Positions 50,840 to 59,564 of a DNA stretch of 64,000 nucleotides are shown piece by piece. A model generated the notes under the pieces. That model did no database searches. It was given only the letters and a program-made list of their open reading frames with translations, and had not been told where the DNA came from. Source of the DNA: a candidate division WOR-3 bacterium (GTDB lineage Bacteria > Hydrothermota > Hydrothermia > JBDRYB01); the NCBI GenBank assembly GCA_039803205.1, contig JBDRYB010000001.1, positions 299,413 through 363,412 of the forward strand, read 5' to 3'. Every line of letters starts with the position of its first letter. Position 1 is the stretch's first letter. A program made the position numbers and the translations under genes.

Positions 50840-50900
50840 AATTGCGTTGGTTCGTTGTCTTAACTTGATTTTGGCCATTTCTAACCCTTATAATTTTTCT

Positions 50901-52484
50901 ATGGGCGCAGACGAAATTGTAAGGGAAGCCATAATGAGGTTCCAGAAACTAGGTGCTTTGGAAAGATATATTGAGGAAATCAGGAAGGATAGTGGGATTC
51001 TTGCGGCACAAGTGGCTGAGGTTTATCTGGATACCGTAAGACATAGGCACGATATGGCTATTAGAAGAGGTAAAGCGCTCATTGCAAAGACCCATAATAG
51101 CCCGTGGGTGAGAGGGTATCTATTGATGCTACTAGGAGTGAACTACGGAAATATGGGAGAATTAGGCAAATCCGTCAATTGTTTTCAGCAGGCTCTGGGG
51201 ATCGCGGAATTCTTATTGGACCGCGATACCGCGCTCCAGGCCAAGGTTTATCTCGCGGCGAGCCATATTTTCAACTCCGAATACCGCGTTGCCTATAGGC
51301 TTCTTTCTTCTATCCTAAAGGATCTGCATAAGAGCTCCCCTCTATTTTACACTTGCTATTATTATTTTGGGATTTGTGCCCTAGCTACCGGAAACCTAGA
51401 AAAGGTAGCGAAGGCTTACGAGGTATATCTAGAAAGCCAAAAGGACAACATAAGAAGGGCTTACTTCCTGGAGATAATGGCTTTTGTTCTCAGAATAAGA
51501 GGGAAACTCGCTGAGGCCATGGAGACATTCGTTAATTCGGCAAAAGAGCATGTTGAACATGGTTCTGCCTACTCCGTGTATCCTATAGCCAAGGCCCTTG
51601 AGCTCTCCCGACTTGCTGGTTTTGAGCCTGTTCCCCGTGAGCTGTTAAAGAAGGCTCTAGATCTTGCCAGAAGGGGAGGTCTAGGCGAGCAGGCTGCGGC
51701 AGAGGAAATAGACGCGCTCCTCAAGGATGACGACTCCGAGGCCGCTGAGATGCTATACGATGCCGCGAATAACTATCTAAGAGCGCATCAGAACATAGAG
51801 GCCTTGTTTTCGGGCCTGACCGCGGCTTACCTGGCCTGGAAGACGGACAGCCCGGTATTCACTAAAGCCTTGAAGCTTATTGCCTCTCTCATTCCCCTGC
51901 ATCCGGGCTTAAGGAAAGACCCCCTCCTTGGGGATTTCATGTCCGAGGTGGAGCCATTTCTGAGAAAAGCCTTGAGACATGGCCAAGACAAAGATGGCAT
52001 AAAGGCGTATCTTATTGGCGAACTCAGGGTTATGGTAGATGGTAAAGAAGTAAATCTAAGGGGTTGGCGCAACAACAAGGCCATAAAGGGACTCATTTAT
52101 CTCCTCTTATCTTCAAAACACAGGATACCATCGGATCACCTTTTTTATCTGCTCTGGCCCAGGAGGGCATTAAACGAGAGGACGCGATATTACCTATATA
52201 ACGCAATAGCCGCCATAAGGAGAAACCTGGGCCGCCCCGAACTCCTCGTCAAAAAAAGAGACTTTTACCAGCTTGAAGGGGATGTCTGGACAGACTTGGG
52301 AGAACTGGAAAACCTCATAAGACTCGCTGACGCTACACGCGATCCTGCCGAGAGGGAGGAGTATCTCGCCAAAGCAAAAGAATTAGCAAGGGGCGATCTC
52401 CTTCCTGAATTCCCCTATGACAAACACATTGAGGAATACAGGTATTACTATGAGAGGATCAGGCAGAGGCTTGGCCTCCGATGA
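50901..52484 (+). CDS. TPR - winged-helix - truncated BTAD transcriptional regulator (copy 1)
   Basis: N-terminal TPR-like helices; YLIGELRVMVDG...LLWP...IRRNL...VWTDL...GDLLPE. Confidence 0.75.
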   Translation: MGADEIVREAIMRFQKLGALERYIEEIRKDSGILAAQVAEVYLDTVRHRHDMAIRRGKALIAKTHNSPWVRGYLLMLLGVNYGNMGELGKSVNCFQQALGIAEFLLDRDTALQAKVYLAASHIFNSEYRVAYRLLSSILKDLHKSSPLFYTCYYYFGICALATGNLEKVAKAYEVYLESQKDNIRRAYFLEIMAFVLRIRGKLAEAMETFVNSAKEHVEHGSAYSVYPIAKALELSRLAGFEPVPRELLKKALDLARRGGLGEQAAAEEIDALLKDDDSEAAEMLYDAANNYLRAHQNIEALFSGLTAAYLAWKTDSPVFTKALKLIASLIPLHPGLRKDPLLGDFMSEVEPFLRKALRHGQDKDGIKAYLIGELRVMVDGKEVNLRGWRNNKAIKGLIYLLLSSKHRIPSDHLFYLLWPRRALNERTRYYLYNAIAAIRRNLGRPELLVKKRDFYQLEGDVWTDLGELENLIRLADATRDPAEREEYLAKAKELARGDLLPEFPYDKHIEEYRYYYERIRQRLGLR

Positions 52485-52525
52485 TTTTGCCCCACCTTAA
52501 CGCGTAGCCTTAAAATTTTCAAACC

Positions 52526-53572
52526 TTGGGTATTCTCAGTCGGATTCGTTCCATTTTCAGGACGGAGGTCGCTCTGGATCTGGGGACAGCGCATACCCTC
52601 GTCTATGTAAAGGGGAAAGGCATAGTCATCCGGGAGCCATCGGTCGTCGCGGTTGACCTAACAACGGGAAAGCCAATAGCCATAGGCGCTGAGGCAAAAC
52701 TAATGCTCGGAAAGACCCACGAGACCATAATGGCGAAGCGGCCAATAAAGGATGGGGTCATAGAGAACCTCGATCTTGTGAACCTGATGATCTCCTCCCT
52801 CCTATCTAGAGTGATGAGGAACACGATCGCGAAACCCATACTCTATGTCGGGGTTCCCTCAGGCGCTAATGAGGTGGAGCTCAAGGCTGTCAGGGATGCT
52901 GGAGAGGCCGCTGGTGCGAGGGAGGTCTATCTGGTCGCTGAGCCGGTCGCGGCCGCTGTCGGAATGGACTTGCCGATCCACGACCCCACTGGGTACATGG
53001 TCGTTGATATTGGGGGAGGCACAACAGAAATAGCAGTTATATCCCTTGGTGGCATCGTAGCCCAGGCATCCATTCCCATAGCCGGGGACGAGATGGATCA
53101 GGCGATAATCAACTATATAAGGCGCAAATACACGATACTCATAGGCGAGCAGACAGCGGAGAAGATAAAGATAACCATAGGAAATGTTTATCCCACAGAG
53201 GAGGTGCTTGAGCCCATGGAGGTTCGGGGTCAGAGCCTCGTGAACAGCATGCCCCAGGTTGTTGAGATAACGCCCTCAGAGGTAAGAGAGGCCCTAAGGG
53301 AGCCGGTTTCCCAGATACTTGAGGCCATAAGAAGGGCATTTGAGGCCACGCCGCCGGATCTCATGGCGGACATAATAGAGCAAGGCATACACCTTACAGG
53401 CGGTGGCGCTCTCCTCAGGGGTATGGACCTCCTCATAAAAGAGGAGACCGGTCTTATGGTCAAGGTGGTCGAGAGGCCCCTTGAATGCGTGGCAATAGGG
53501 GTGGGAAAGATAATGGAGAATCCGAAAAAATACAGGAGCGTCATCCTCCCTTCCAGGAAACCAAGTAGATGA
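52526..53572 (+). CDS. mreB: Rod shape-determining protein MreB
   Basis: DLGTAHT, EPSVVA, RPIKDGVI, VDIGGGTTE, LTGGGALL. Confidence 0.96.
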   Translation: MGILSRIRSIFRTEVALDLGTAHTLVYVKGKGIVIREPSVVAVDLTTGKPIAIGAEAKLMLGKTHETIMAKRPIKDGVIENLDLVNLMISSLLSRVMRNTIAKPILYVGVPSGANEVELKAVRDAGEAAGAREVYLVAEPVAAAVGMDLPIHDPTGYMVVDIGGGTTEIAVISLGGIVAQASIPIAGDEMDQAIINYIRRKYTILIGEQTAEKIKITIGNVYPTEEVLEPMEVRGQSLVNSMPQVVEITPSEVREALREPVSQILEAIRRAFEATPPDLMADIIEQGIHLTGGGALLRGMDLLIKEETGLMVKVVERPLECVAIGVGKIMENPKKYRSVILPSRKPSR

Positions 53573-53686
53573 AATGTTCCTACGATCTGCGAAGCACGGC
53601 TTTCGGTCTGAAGCCCGGAACCGGAGCGGTCCTTTGTTGTTGACCGCATCCATTCTGCCCCTTGAATTCACAACTGGCAAACGATC

Positions 53687-54385
53687 ATGAGGGACATTTA
53701 TCGCTTTCTCCTGGCCCTATTCGTGGCTGGGCTATTTCTGCTACCGTTTCCGCGCAAGCTAGTCCACAATACCTTGCTGGCAACGCTATATGTGCCTGTG
53801 CTACGGGCTGAGGCCTTTATATTGGACCTTTTTCACCTGAAGTCTGAGAGGGATTACCTTCTCGCCGAGAACGCTCGGCTTTCGGCAGAGCTGGGTAAGA
53901 GATACATTCTATCTGATGAAGGGGGCGATATAGCGAGGCCTCTTAGGTTTGATCCCCCTGACAATCCGGAGAGGATAATCGTGGATGCTGGAAGGAACAA
54001 GGGCCTAAAACCCGGGGATGTCCTAATGAGCGGTGGGGCTCTTGCTGGCAGGATCATCGCGGTTGAGGCCAACACATCCACACTCCTAACCCCGTTTTCT
54101 CCGGATTTTATGGCTGGCGTTCTGGACACCAGAACCATGATCCACGGTGTCCTCGTTGGGGGAACTAGCCCAAAGGTTGATTACATACCCAGCTGGGAGG
54201 ATGTGAAGGCTGGGGATACCCTCGTTACCTCTGGACTTGCTGGGTTTCTGCCCCCTGGCGTCTTGGTTGGGGTTGTTGAGAATGTCTACAGGACTGACAA
54301 ACCATTCCTTGAGGTCAGGGTAAAATTGTTTTATCAGCCGCAGAAGATCAGGGTCTTTACAATAGCCAGGGGAGGCTCGGGATGA
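53687..54385 (+). CDS. mreC: Rod shape-determining protein MreC
   Basis: TM, ENARL coiled coil, GDTLVTSGLAGFLPPG; synteny. Confidence 0.88.
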   Translation: MRDIYRFLLALFVAGLFLLPFPRKLVHNTLLATLYVPVLRAEAFILDLFHLKSERDYLLAENARLSAELGKRYILSDEGGDIARPLRFDPPDNPERIIVDAGRNKGLKPGDVLMSGGALAGRIIAVEANTSTLLTPFSPDFMAGVLDTRTMIHGVLVGGTSPKVDYIPSWEDVKAGDTLVTSGLAGFLPPGVLVGVVENVYRTDKPFLEVRVKLFYQPQKIRVFTIARGGSG

Positions 54386-54816
54386 GAGGGTGGCTCCTCT
54401 GGCTCTACGCGGGCCTTGCAGTCATGTTCGCTGTGATATTCACAAGGATAAGGTTTTCCGGTTTTCCGGAGGCCTCCGTGTCGCTTTTCGCGGCCGCATC
54501 AATGAGATCGCCCTACCCGTTTTCCCTGATCCTGGGCATCGTCCTTGGGCTCCTTACAGAGGGGCTTCATCCTTCGGAACCCTGGGTTACTCCCCTCCTT
54601 TACATCCTTCTTGCCAGCGCTAGCCGCTACGCGAGGGACCAGATGAACCTCCGGGGTTGGCTCCTCGGCCTCTATTTCCTTTTCTGGGGAATAGCCTTTA
54701 GGGTCCTCCCTCCCATTTTTCACGGACAGACAGCGGGCTTTCTTGATGCGGCAGTCGGTTCAGCTCTGACCGCTGTTCTCGCTTATCTCCTTTATCTGCC
54801 ATGGAAAGAAGAATGA
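54382..54816 (+). CDS. mreD: Probable rod shape-determining protein MreD
   Basis: Small multi-TM protein between mreC and mrdA; call rests mainly on synteny. Confidence 0.6.
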   Translation: MRGWLLWLYAGLAVMFAVIFTRIRFSGFPEASVSLFAAASMRSPYPFSLILGIVLGLLTEGLHPSEPWVTPLLYILLASASRYARDQMNLRGWLLGLYFLFWGIAFRVLPPIFHGQTAGFLDAAVGSALTAVLAYLLYLPWKEE

Positions 54817-56495
54817 TCTTGATTGTTGGCTTCTTCGGCCTCGCGCTCGCTGGCGCCCTCAGCAGGGCATTTTTCATGCAGGTCCTCAAGGGCGGTGAGT
54901 TCAGGATGCAGGCTGAGGCAAACTACCTCAGAAAGGTTCCGATCCCGCCGATAAGGGGCAGAATAATGGACAGGAACGGGCTTTTGCTCGCTGGTTGGGA
55001 GCCCCGGTTCATGGCAGTGGCACTATTAGGTGAGGGCGGCCTAGCGGGAGATGAGCTCGAGAAGCTCAGGCTCACCATAGGCGCAGAAAGCCTATCCGTG
55101 AAAAAGAGCTATCTCGGCTACTCCATTCTGGCAAAGGACATCCCATATGAGAAGGCCCTGGGCGTCCTGGAGCGCTCAGAGGACTTCGGTTGGCTGCTCA
55201 TGCTACCCTGCTTCTCGAGGACATACCCTTATAGAGGCCCGCTTTCATCGGTTATAGGTTATGTTGACGCGGATGGGGTTGGAAAGGCGGGAATTGAGAG
55301 GTCTTTTAATGAATACTTGGCTGGCACTCCAGGGGTCAAATACCTCATGGTTGACGCGAGGGGAAGGGTGGTGAAGGAGGACATATACCCAGAGGTTGAA
55401 CCAGCCCAAGGAAAGGACATAACCCTCACGGTTGACGAGCGGTTCCAGGCCGCGGCAGATACCCTTTTCGGGCCATATAGGTCAGGAGCCGCTGTTGTCA
55501 TGAACATAAAGACCGGGGAGATACTCGTTCTCTACACTAAACCGTATGTTGATTCCTGGACAATGGTCTACGGCACATCCGAGGAGAAATCCGCGGCCCT
55601 CTCAGCCCCAGGCTCCCCTCTCCTGAACAGGGCTGTCTCCGGCCTCTACCCGCCGGGTTCAACATTCAAGCCGGTGGTCGCGCTCTGTGGGCTTTCCTCC
55701 GGCGCGATAACCCCTGCCAGCGTTTTTTGCTGTGCTGGCGGCATGCAGATGGGAAACCGGTTTTTCAAGTGCACGGGGTTCCACGGGTGCCTTGACCTCA
55801 TCCACGCGATAGAGCATTCCTGCAATACATATTTCTATTCTGTTGGGATTCGCATGGGGCTCCCCACATTTCTCAGCGAGATCGATCGGATGGGCTTTCT
55901 CAAGAGGAGCTACGATCTCGGGATAGGGGGCGAGAAACCTGCTTTGATCCCGAGCCTGGATTACTACCGAAAGAATTTCGGAAAACAGCTCGGCGGGGTC
56001 ACCCTCAATCTCTCCATAGGCCAAGGAGAACTCCTCCTTACTCCCCTTCACATGGCTCTCGTCGCGGCATTGGTCGCCAGGGGGGAAATGCCCTTGCCCC
56101 ACCTTTTGATGAGGGTCGGGGATGAGAGATATGTTCCCCCTGAGACTCTGAGAATACCATTATCAGATAAGGACAGGGAGGCAGTGAAGAAGGGAATGCT
56201 TCTCGTTGTGGAATCAGGAACCGCGAGGAGCTGCCGGCTCCCTGGATTCAAGTTCGGCGGCAAGACGGGAACAGCGCAGAACCCTCACGGCCAGGACCAT
56301 TCCCTCTTCATATTTTTCGCGCCATACGATGACCCTGAGATAGCTGGCGCTGTGGTTGTTGAGCAGGGAGGATTCGGGGCCAAGGCGGCCGCGCCCATAG
56401 CGCGAGAGCTCATAAGGAGATACTTTGGCCTACCACCGGCTCCGCTCTTCGTGGTTAAGAAACCCTCGGAGGATCGGAAAGAGGAGATAGAATGA
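54801..56495 (+). CDS. mrdA: Penicillin-binding protein 2
   Basis: RGRIMDRNG, YPPGSTFK, SCN, GKTGTAQ. Confidence 0.93.
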   Translation: MERRMILIVGFFGLALAGALSRAFFMQVLKGGEFRMQAEANYLRKVPIPPIRGRIMDRNGLLLAGWEPRFMAVALLGEGGLAGDELEKLRLTIGAESLSVKKSYLGYSILAKDIPYEKALGVLERSEDFGWLLMLPCFSRTYPYRGPLSSVIGYVDADGVGKAGIERSFNEYLAGTPGVKYLMVDARGRVVKEDIYPEVEPAQGKDITLTVDERFQAAADTLFGPYRSGAAVVMNIKTGEILVLYTKPYVDSWTMVYGTSEEKSAALSAPGSPLLNRAVSGLYPPGSTFKPVVALCGLSSGAITPASVFCCAGGMQMGNRFFKCTGFHGCLDLIHAIEHSCNTYFYSVGIRMGLPTFLSEIDRMGFLKRSYDLGIGGEKPALIPSLDYYRKNFGKQLGGVTLNLSIGQGELLLTPLHMALVAALVARGEMPLPHLLMRVGDERYVPPETLRIPLSDKDREAVKKGMLLVVESGTARSCRLPGFKFGGKTGTAQNPHGQDHSLFIFFAPYDDPEIAGAVVVEQGGFGAKAAAPIARELIRRYFGLPPAPLFVVKKPSEDRKEEIE

Positions 56496-57670
56496 GAAGA
56501 TTCCTGCCCCTCATTTTCGCTGGAGCCATATCTGCCTTCTCCTTGGTTGAGCTGTTTTCGGTTGGGAGCGCGCACGCGCTCCGGCAGCTCATCTGGATAG
56601 GCCTAGGAGGGCTCAGCTTTCTGCTCTTTTACAAAGCGATATCTCCCCTAACCCTTCGCCGCGGAGCCGAGATAATCTATTGGGTCTCAGCTATACTTCT
56701 GGTGGCGGTTCTGGTATTCGGTGGCCCGGGCGCGAGGAGGTGGTTTTCGTTCGGAGTCATGAAGTTTCAGCCATCCGAGCTATCCAAGCTTGCGGTTCTC
56801 CTCGTTCTCTCAAAGGCCTTGGAGGAAAGCCCCGTGAGGCCAGAAAGGGTTTTCGTTGCCCTCGGATATTCCCTGTTTGTTTTCATTCTCATATTCATCG
56901 AGCCAGACCTCGCTACAGCAGGAGCGGTTTTCGCTTTAACGACGAGCCTTCTTTTGGTCTCAGGAACCCCCTCCCACATCCTCATGCTCATATACGCGCC
57001 CATTTTCGCCGCGGCCTCATCCTTCTGGCTCTGGAGCTTCATAGGGCTTGTTCTCGTTGTTTTCATTCTCTCAAGGCTCATGAAAAGGGGCTGGGGATAC
57101 ACCCTCGCACTAACGAGCATGGTCATAGGTGTTGGGTTGGCTACCCCGTTGGTCTGGAACGGCGCGCTAAAGGAATACCAACGCAAAAGGATAATCTCTT
57201 TCGTGGCGCCAAAGGCGCAGAGCGCCGCCGCGGGGTGGCAAGCGCTTCAGGCAAGGGTCGCAATAGGCTCCGGCGGGCTTTGGGGAAGGGGATACAGAGA
57301 GGGAACCCAGAAGGGGCTTGATTTCCTTCCAGAGGCTCACACTGACTTTATTTTCGCGGCAATAGGAGAGGAATTCGGGTTTCTGGGCTGCGCTTTGATC
57401 GTTGGGCTTTTTGCCGCTCTCCTCTGGAGCCTAGTCCGGGCCGCAACATTCACGGAGGATCGGTATCTCAGGAACCTCGGGGTTGGAGCGATGACCATAA
57501 TATTTTATCACGCGTGCTTTAACCTGCTCTCTGTCCTTGGCCTCTTTCCGGTCGCTGGCCTCCCGTTGCCATTTGCCAGCTACGGCGGAAGCCACATCCT
57601 GATGGAGTTCTCTCTGCTGGGAATCGTTGCGGCCTCGGTGGAGGAGGAAATGAGGAGAAGGGCATATTAG
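56492..57670 (+). CDS. rodA: SEDS peptidoglycan glycosyltransferase RodA
   Basis: GARRW, FQPSELSK, EPDL, LPEAHTDFIF, PFASYGGS. Confidence 0.92.
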   Translation: MRRFLPLIFAGAISAFSLVELFSVGSAHALRQLIWIGLGGLSFLLFYKAISPLTLRRGAEIIYWVSAILLVAVLVFGGPGARRWFSFGVMKFQPSELSKLAVLLVLSKALEESPVRPERVFVALGYSLFVFILIFIEPDLATAGAVFALTTSLLLVSGTPSHILMLIYAPIFAAASSFWLWSFIGLVLVVFILSRLMKRGWGYTLALTSMVIGVGLATPLVWNGALKEYQRKRIISFVAPKAQSAAAGWQALQARVAIGSGGLWGRGYREGTQKGLDFLPEAHTDFIFAAIGEEFGFLGCALIVGLFAALLWSLVRAATFTEDRYLRNLGVGAMTIIFYHACFNLLSVLGLFPVAGLPLPFASYGGSHILMEFSLLGIVAASVEEEMRRRAY

Positions 57671-57741
57671 CGATCGCGGCGGTGAAAATGGGCGAATCGT
57701 TTTTGAAACCGGAGGACTTTGGCTCTTATAATATCCTTCTT

Positions 57742-57831
57742 GGAGAGGTGGCCGAGCGGTTGAAGGCGGCGGCTTGCTAAGCCGTTGTAGGGAGTATATC
57801 CCTACCGCGGGTTCGAATCCCGCCCTCTCCG
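57742..57831 (+). tRNA. tRNA-Ser (anticodon GCT)
   Basis: GGAGAGG/CCTCTCC stem, GCGGC-TTGCTAA-GCCGT, long variable arm, GTTCGAATC; no encoded CCA. Confidence 0.95.
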
Positions 57832-57866
57832 TTGAGAATCATCTACAGAATTACAAAAACACGAAA

Positions 57867-59432
57867 CTATTCTTTCCCGTAGATTTTCTTCTTCAGTCTT
57901 TCGTAATATTGCCTGTATTCGTCAATGTAGCGGTCGTAGGGGAATTCGGGAAGCAGATCGCCATTAGCGAGTTCCCGAGCCCTGGCAAGGTATTCCTCTT
58001 TTTCGGTAGGATCACGGGTAGCGTCAGCTAGCCTCAGAAGGTTCTCCAGTTCTCCAAGGTCTGTCCAGACATCCTCAAGCTGGTAGAAGTCCCGGTGTTT
58101 GACAAGGAGCTCACGCCTAATGAGATGGGTTCTTATCGTGTTTATGGCAGTATAAAGAAGGCACCTAGATTTTTGGGTATACTTGCGTCTTGGCCAAAGA
58201 AGATAGAAAAGGTGATCGTAGGGTATCCTATGCTTGGGCGAAAGAAGGAGATAGATCAATCCGAGTATAGCCTTGTTATTCCGCCAGGCCTTCAGTCTAA
58301 TATCTTTGTTGTCCACAGTTATCTTGGTTTCTCCTATGAGATACGCTTTTATCCCCGATTTTGGCTCTGTTTCCCTTTGGTTTACGAGGGGTTCTATTTG
58401 TATGAGAAAGTCTCGGAGGAAAGGGTCATGCTTGAGGCCTGGATGCAAGGAAGCCAAAGGGTTAAGAAATTTCAAGGCTTGAGGGAGGGTGGGGCCGTTT
58501 GATCGCCAGGCCAAAAAAGCTGAGGTCAATCCAGCCAAAAACGCCTCTAATGGCTGGTAAGCCCGATAATAGTTCTGAGCGGCCTCAAAGAGCATACAAG
58601 CTGTTTCATCTTCTTCCTGCAAAAGAAGGGCCTTTATTTCCTGGGCTGCGGCCTGCTCGCCCCAGCTTCCAGACCTTGCCAGAGATAGGCACTTCTTAAC
58701 AGTATCCTGAGGGGGTGCATCAAACCCGGATAACCTCGAAAGATTCATGGCCTTGGCACAAGGAAAGGCAGAGTAGGCTGATCCAAGATCCAAAAAGGCT
58801 TGGATTGAACCCAAATAGCTTTCCATTGATTCATCACATCTTCCCATCAACCTCAGGGCAAGACCTTTCATTTCCAACACGCCCGCCAGAAATAGAGGCC
58901 TCCTTCTTAACCTCAAAAGCGATTCCAGGATTTTATTGGCTTGTTCCGGCATTCCACGGATTATGTGTAGGACTGCGAACATGTACAAAGCATCAGGACG
59001 TTCCTCTTCTTTCAGAAATTTCTTTATATCACAGTAAAGCGTTTCGTATTCGGCCTTAAACAACCTGATGGATAGGAGGGACATTTTCGCACTGGTTGCG
59101 GCTTTCCTATGTCCCAAAAGTTCCGCGGCCTCAAGGAACTTGATGAAAAAGCTCTCTGCTCTGTCCATTTCTCCTAACATCCTGTAGGCCATCCCCATAT
59201 TGTCAAACAAATACAAGGCTATCTCGGGTTTATCCGAGACTTTCGCCAACAGCCTCTTTCCCTTTCTCACAACCTCCGCGGATTTAGCCCTGTAAAAAGC
59301 CACCGATACCTCCAGGATACCGGCGGCCAGGGGGTCCTGTGCTTTCAATGTCTCAATATACCTAGCGACCTCAGAAAGCCTACCCATCTTCAGTTTCTTT
59401 ATGCCTTCCTTTATCCTATCCGCGGTGTCCAT
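57867..59432 (-). CDS. TPR - winged-helix - truncated BTAD transcriptional regulator (copy 2)
   Basis: Clear paralog of 50901..52484: GIKAYLIGE, WRNNKAI, YLLLS, HLFYLLWPRR, VWTDLGELENL, GDLLPEFPYD. Confidence 0.75.
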   Translation of the reverse strand: MDTADRIKEGIKKLKMGRLSEVARYIETLKAQDPLAAGILEVSVAFYRAKSAEVVRKGKRLLAKVSDKPEIALYLFDNMGMAYRMLGEMDRAESFFIKFLEAAELLGHRKAATSAKMSLLSIRLFKAEYETLYCDIKKFLKEEERPDALYMFAVLHIIRGMPEQANKILESLLRLRRRPLFLAGVLEMKGLALRLMGRCDESMESYLGSIQAFLDLGSAYSAFPCAKAMNLSRLSGFDAPPQDTVKKCLSLARSGSWGEQAAAQEIKALLLQEEDETACMLFEAAQNYYRAYQPLEAFLAGLTSAFLAWRSNGPTLPQALKFLNPLASLHPGLKHDPFLRDFLIQIEPLVNQRETEPKSGIKAYLIGETKITVDNKDIRLKAWRNNKAILGLIYLLLSPKHRIPYDHLFYLLWPRRKYTQKSRCLLYTAINTIRTHLIRRELLVKHRDFYQLEDVWTDLGELENLLRLADATRDPTEKEEYLARARELANGDLLPEFPYDRYIDEYRQYYERLKKKIYGKE

Positions 59433-59484
59433 TCTGAAAGTCTAAAGATTTTAGCCGATCAAATTCAAGTCTTTCAAGCACTTC

Positions 59485-59526
59485 CTCAGATATGCCTCAG
59501 ATATGTCTCAGATATGTTCTTAGACT
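59485..59526 (+). promoter_or_regulatory. Three 11-bp-periodic direct repeats plus -10-like TAGACT upstream of propeller copy 2
   Basis: CTCAGATATG at 59485, 59496 and 59507; TAGACT at 59521-59526. Confidence 0.65.
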
Positions 59527-59564
59527 ATAGAGATGTTTATAAAGCCAGAAAGGAGTGTTTGGCC

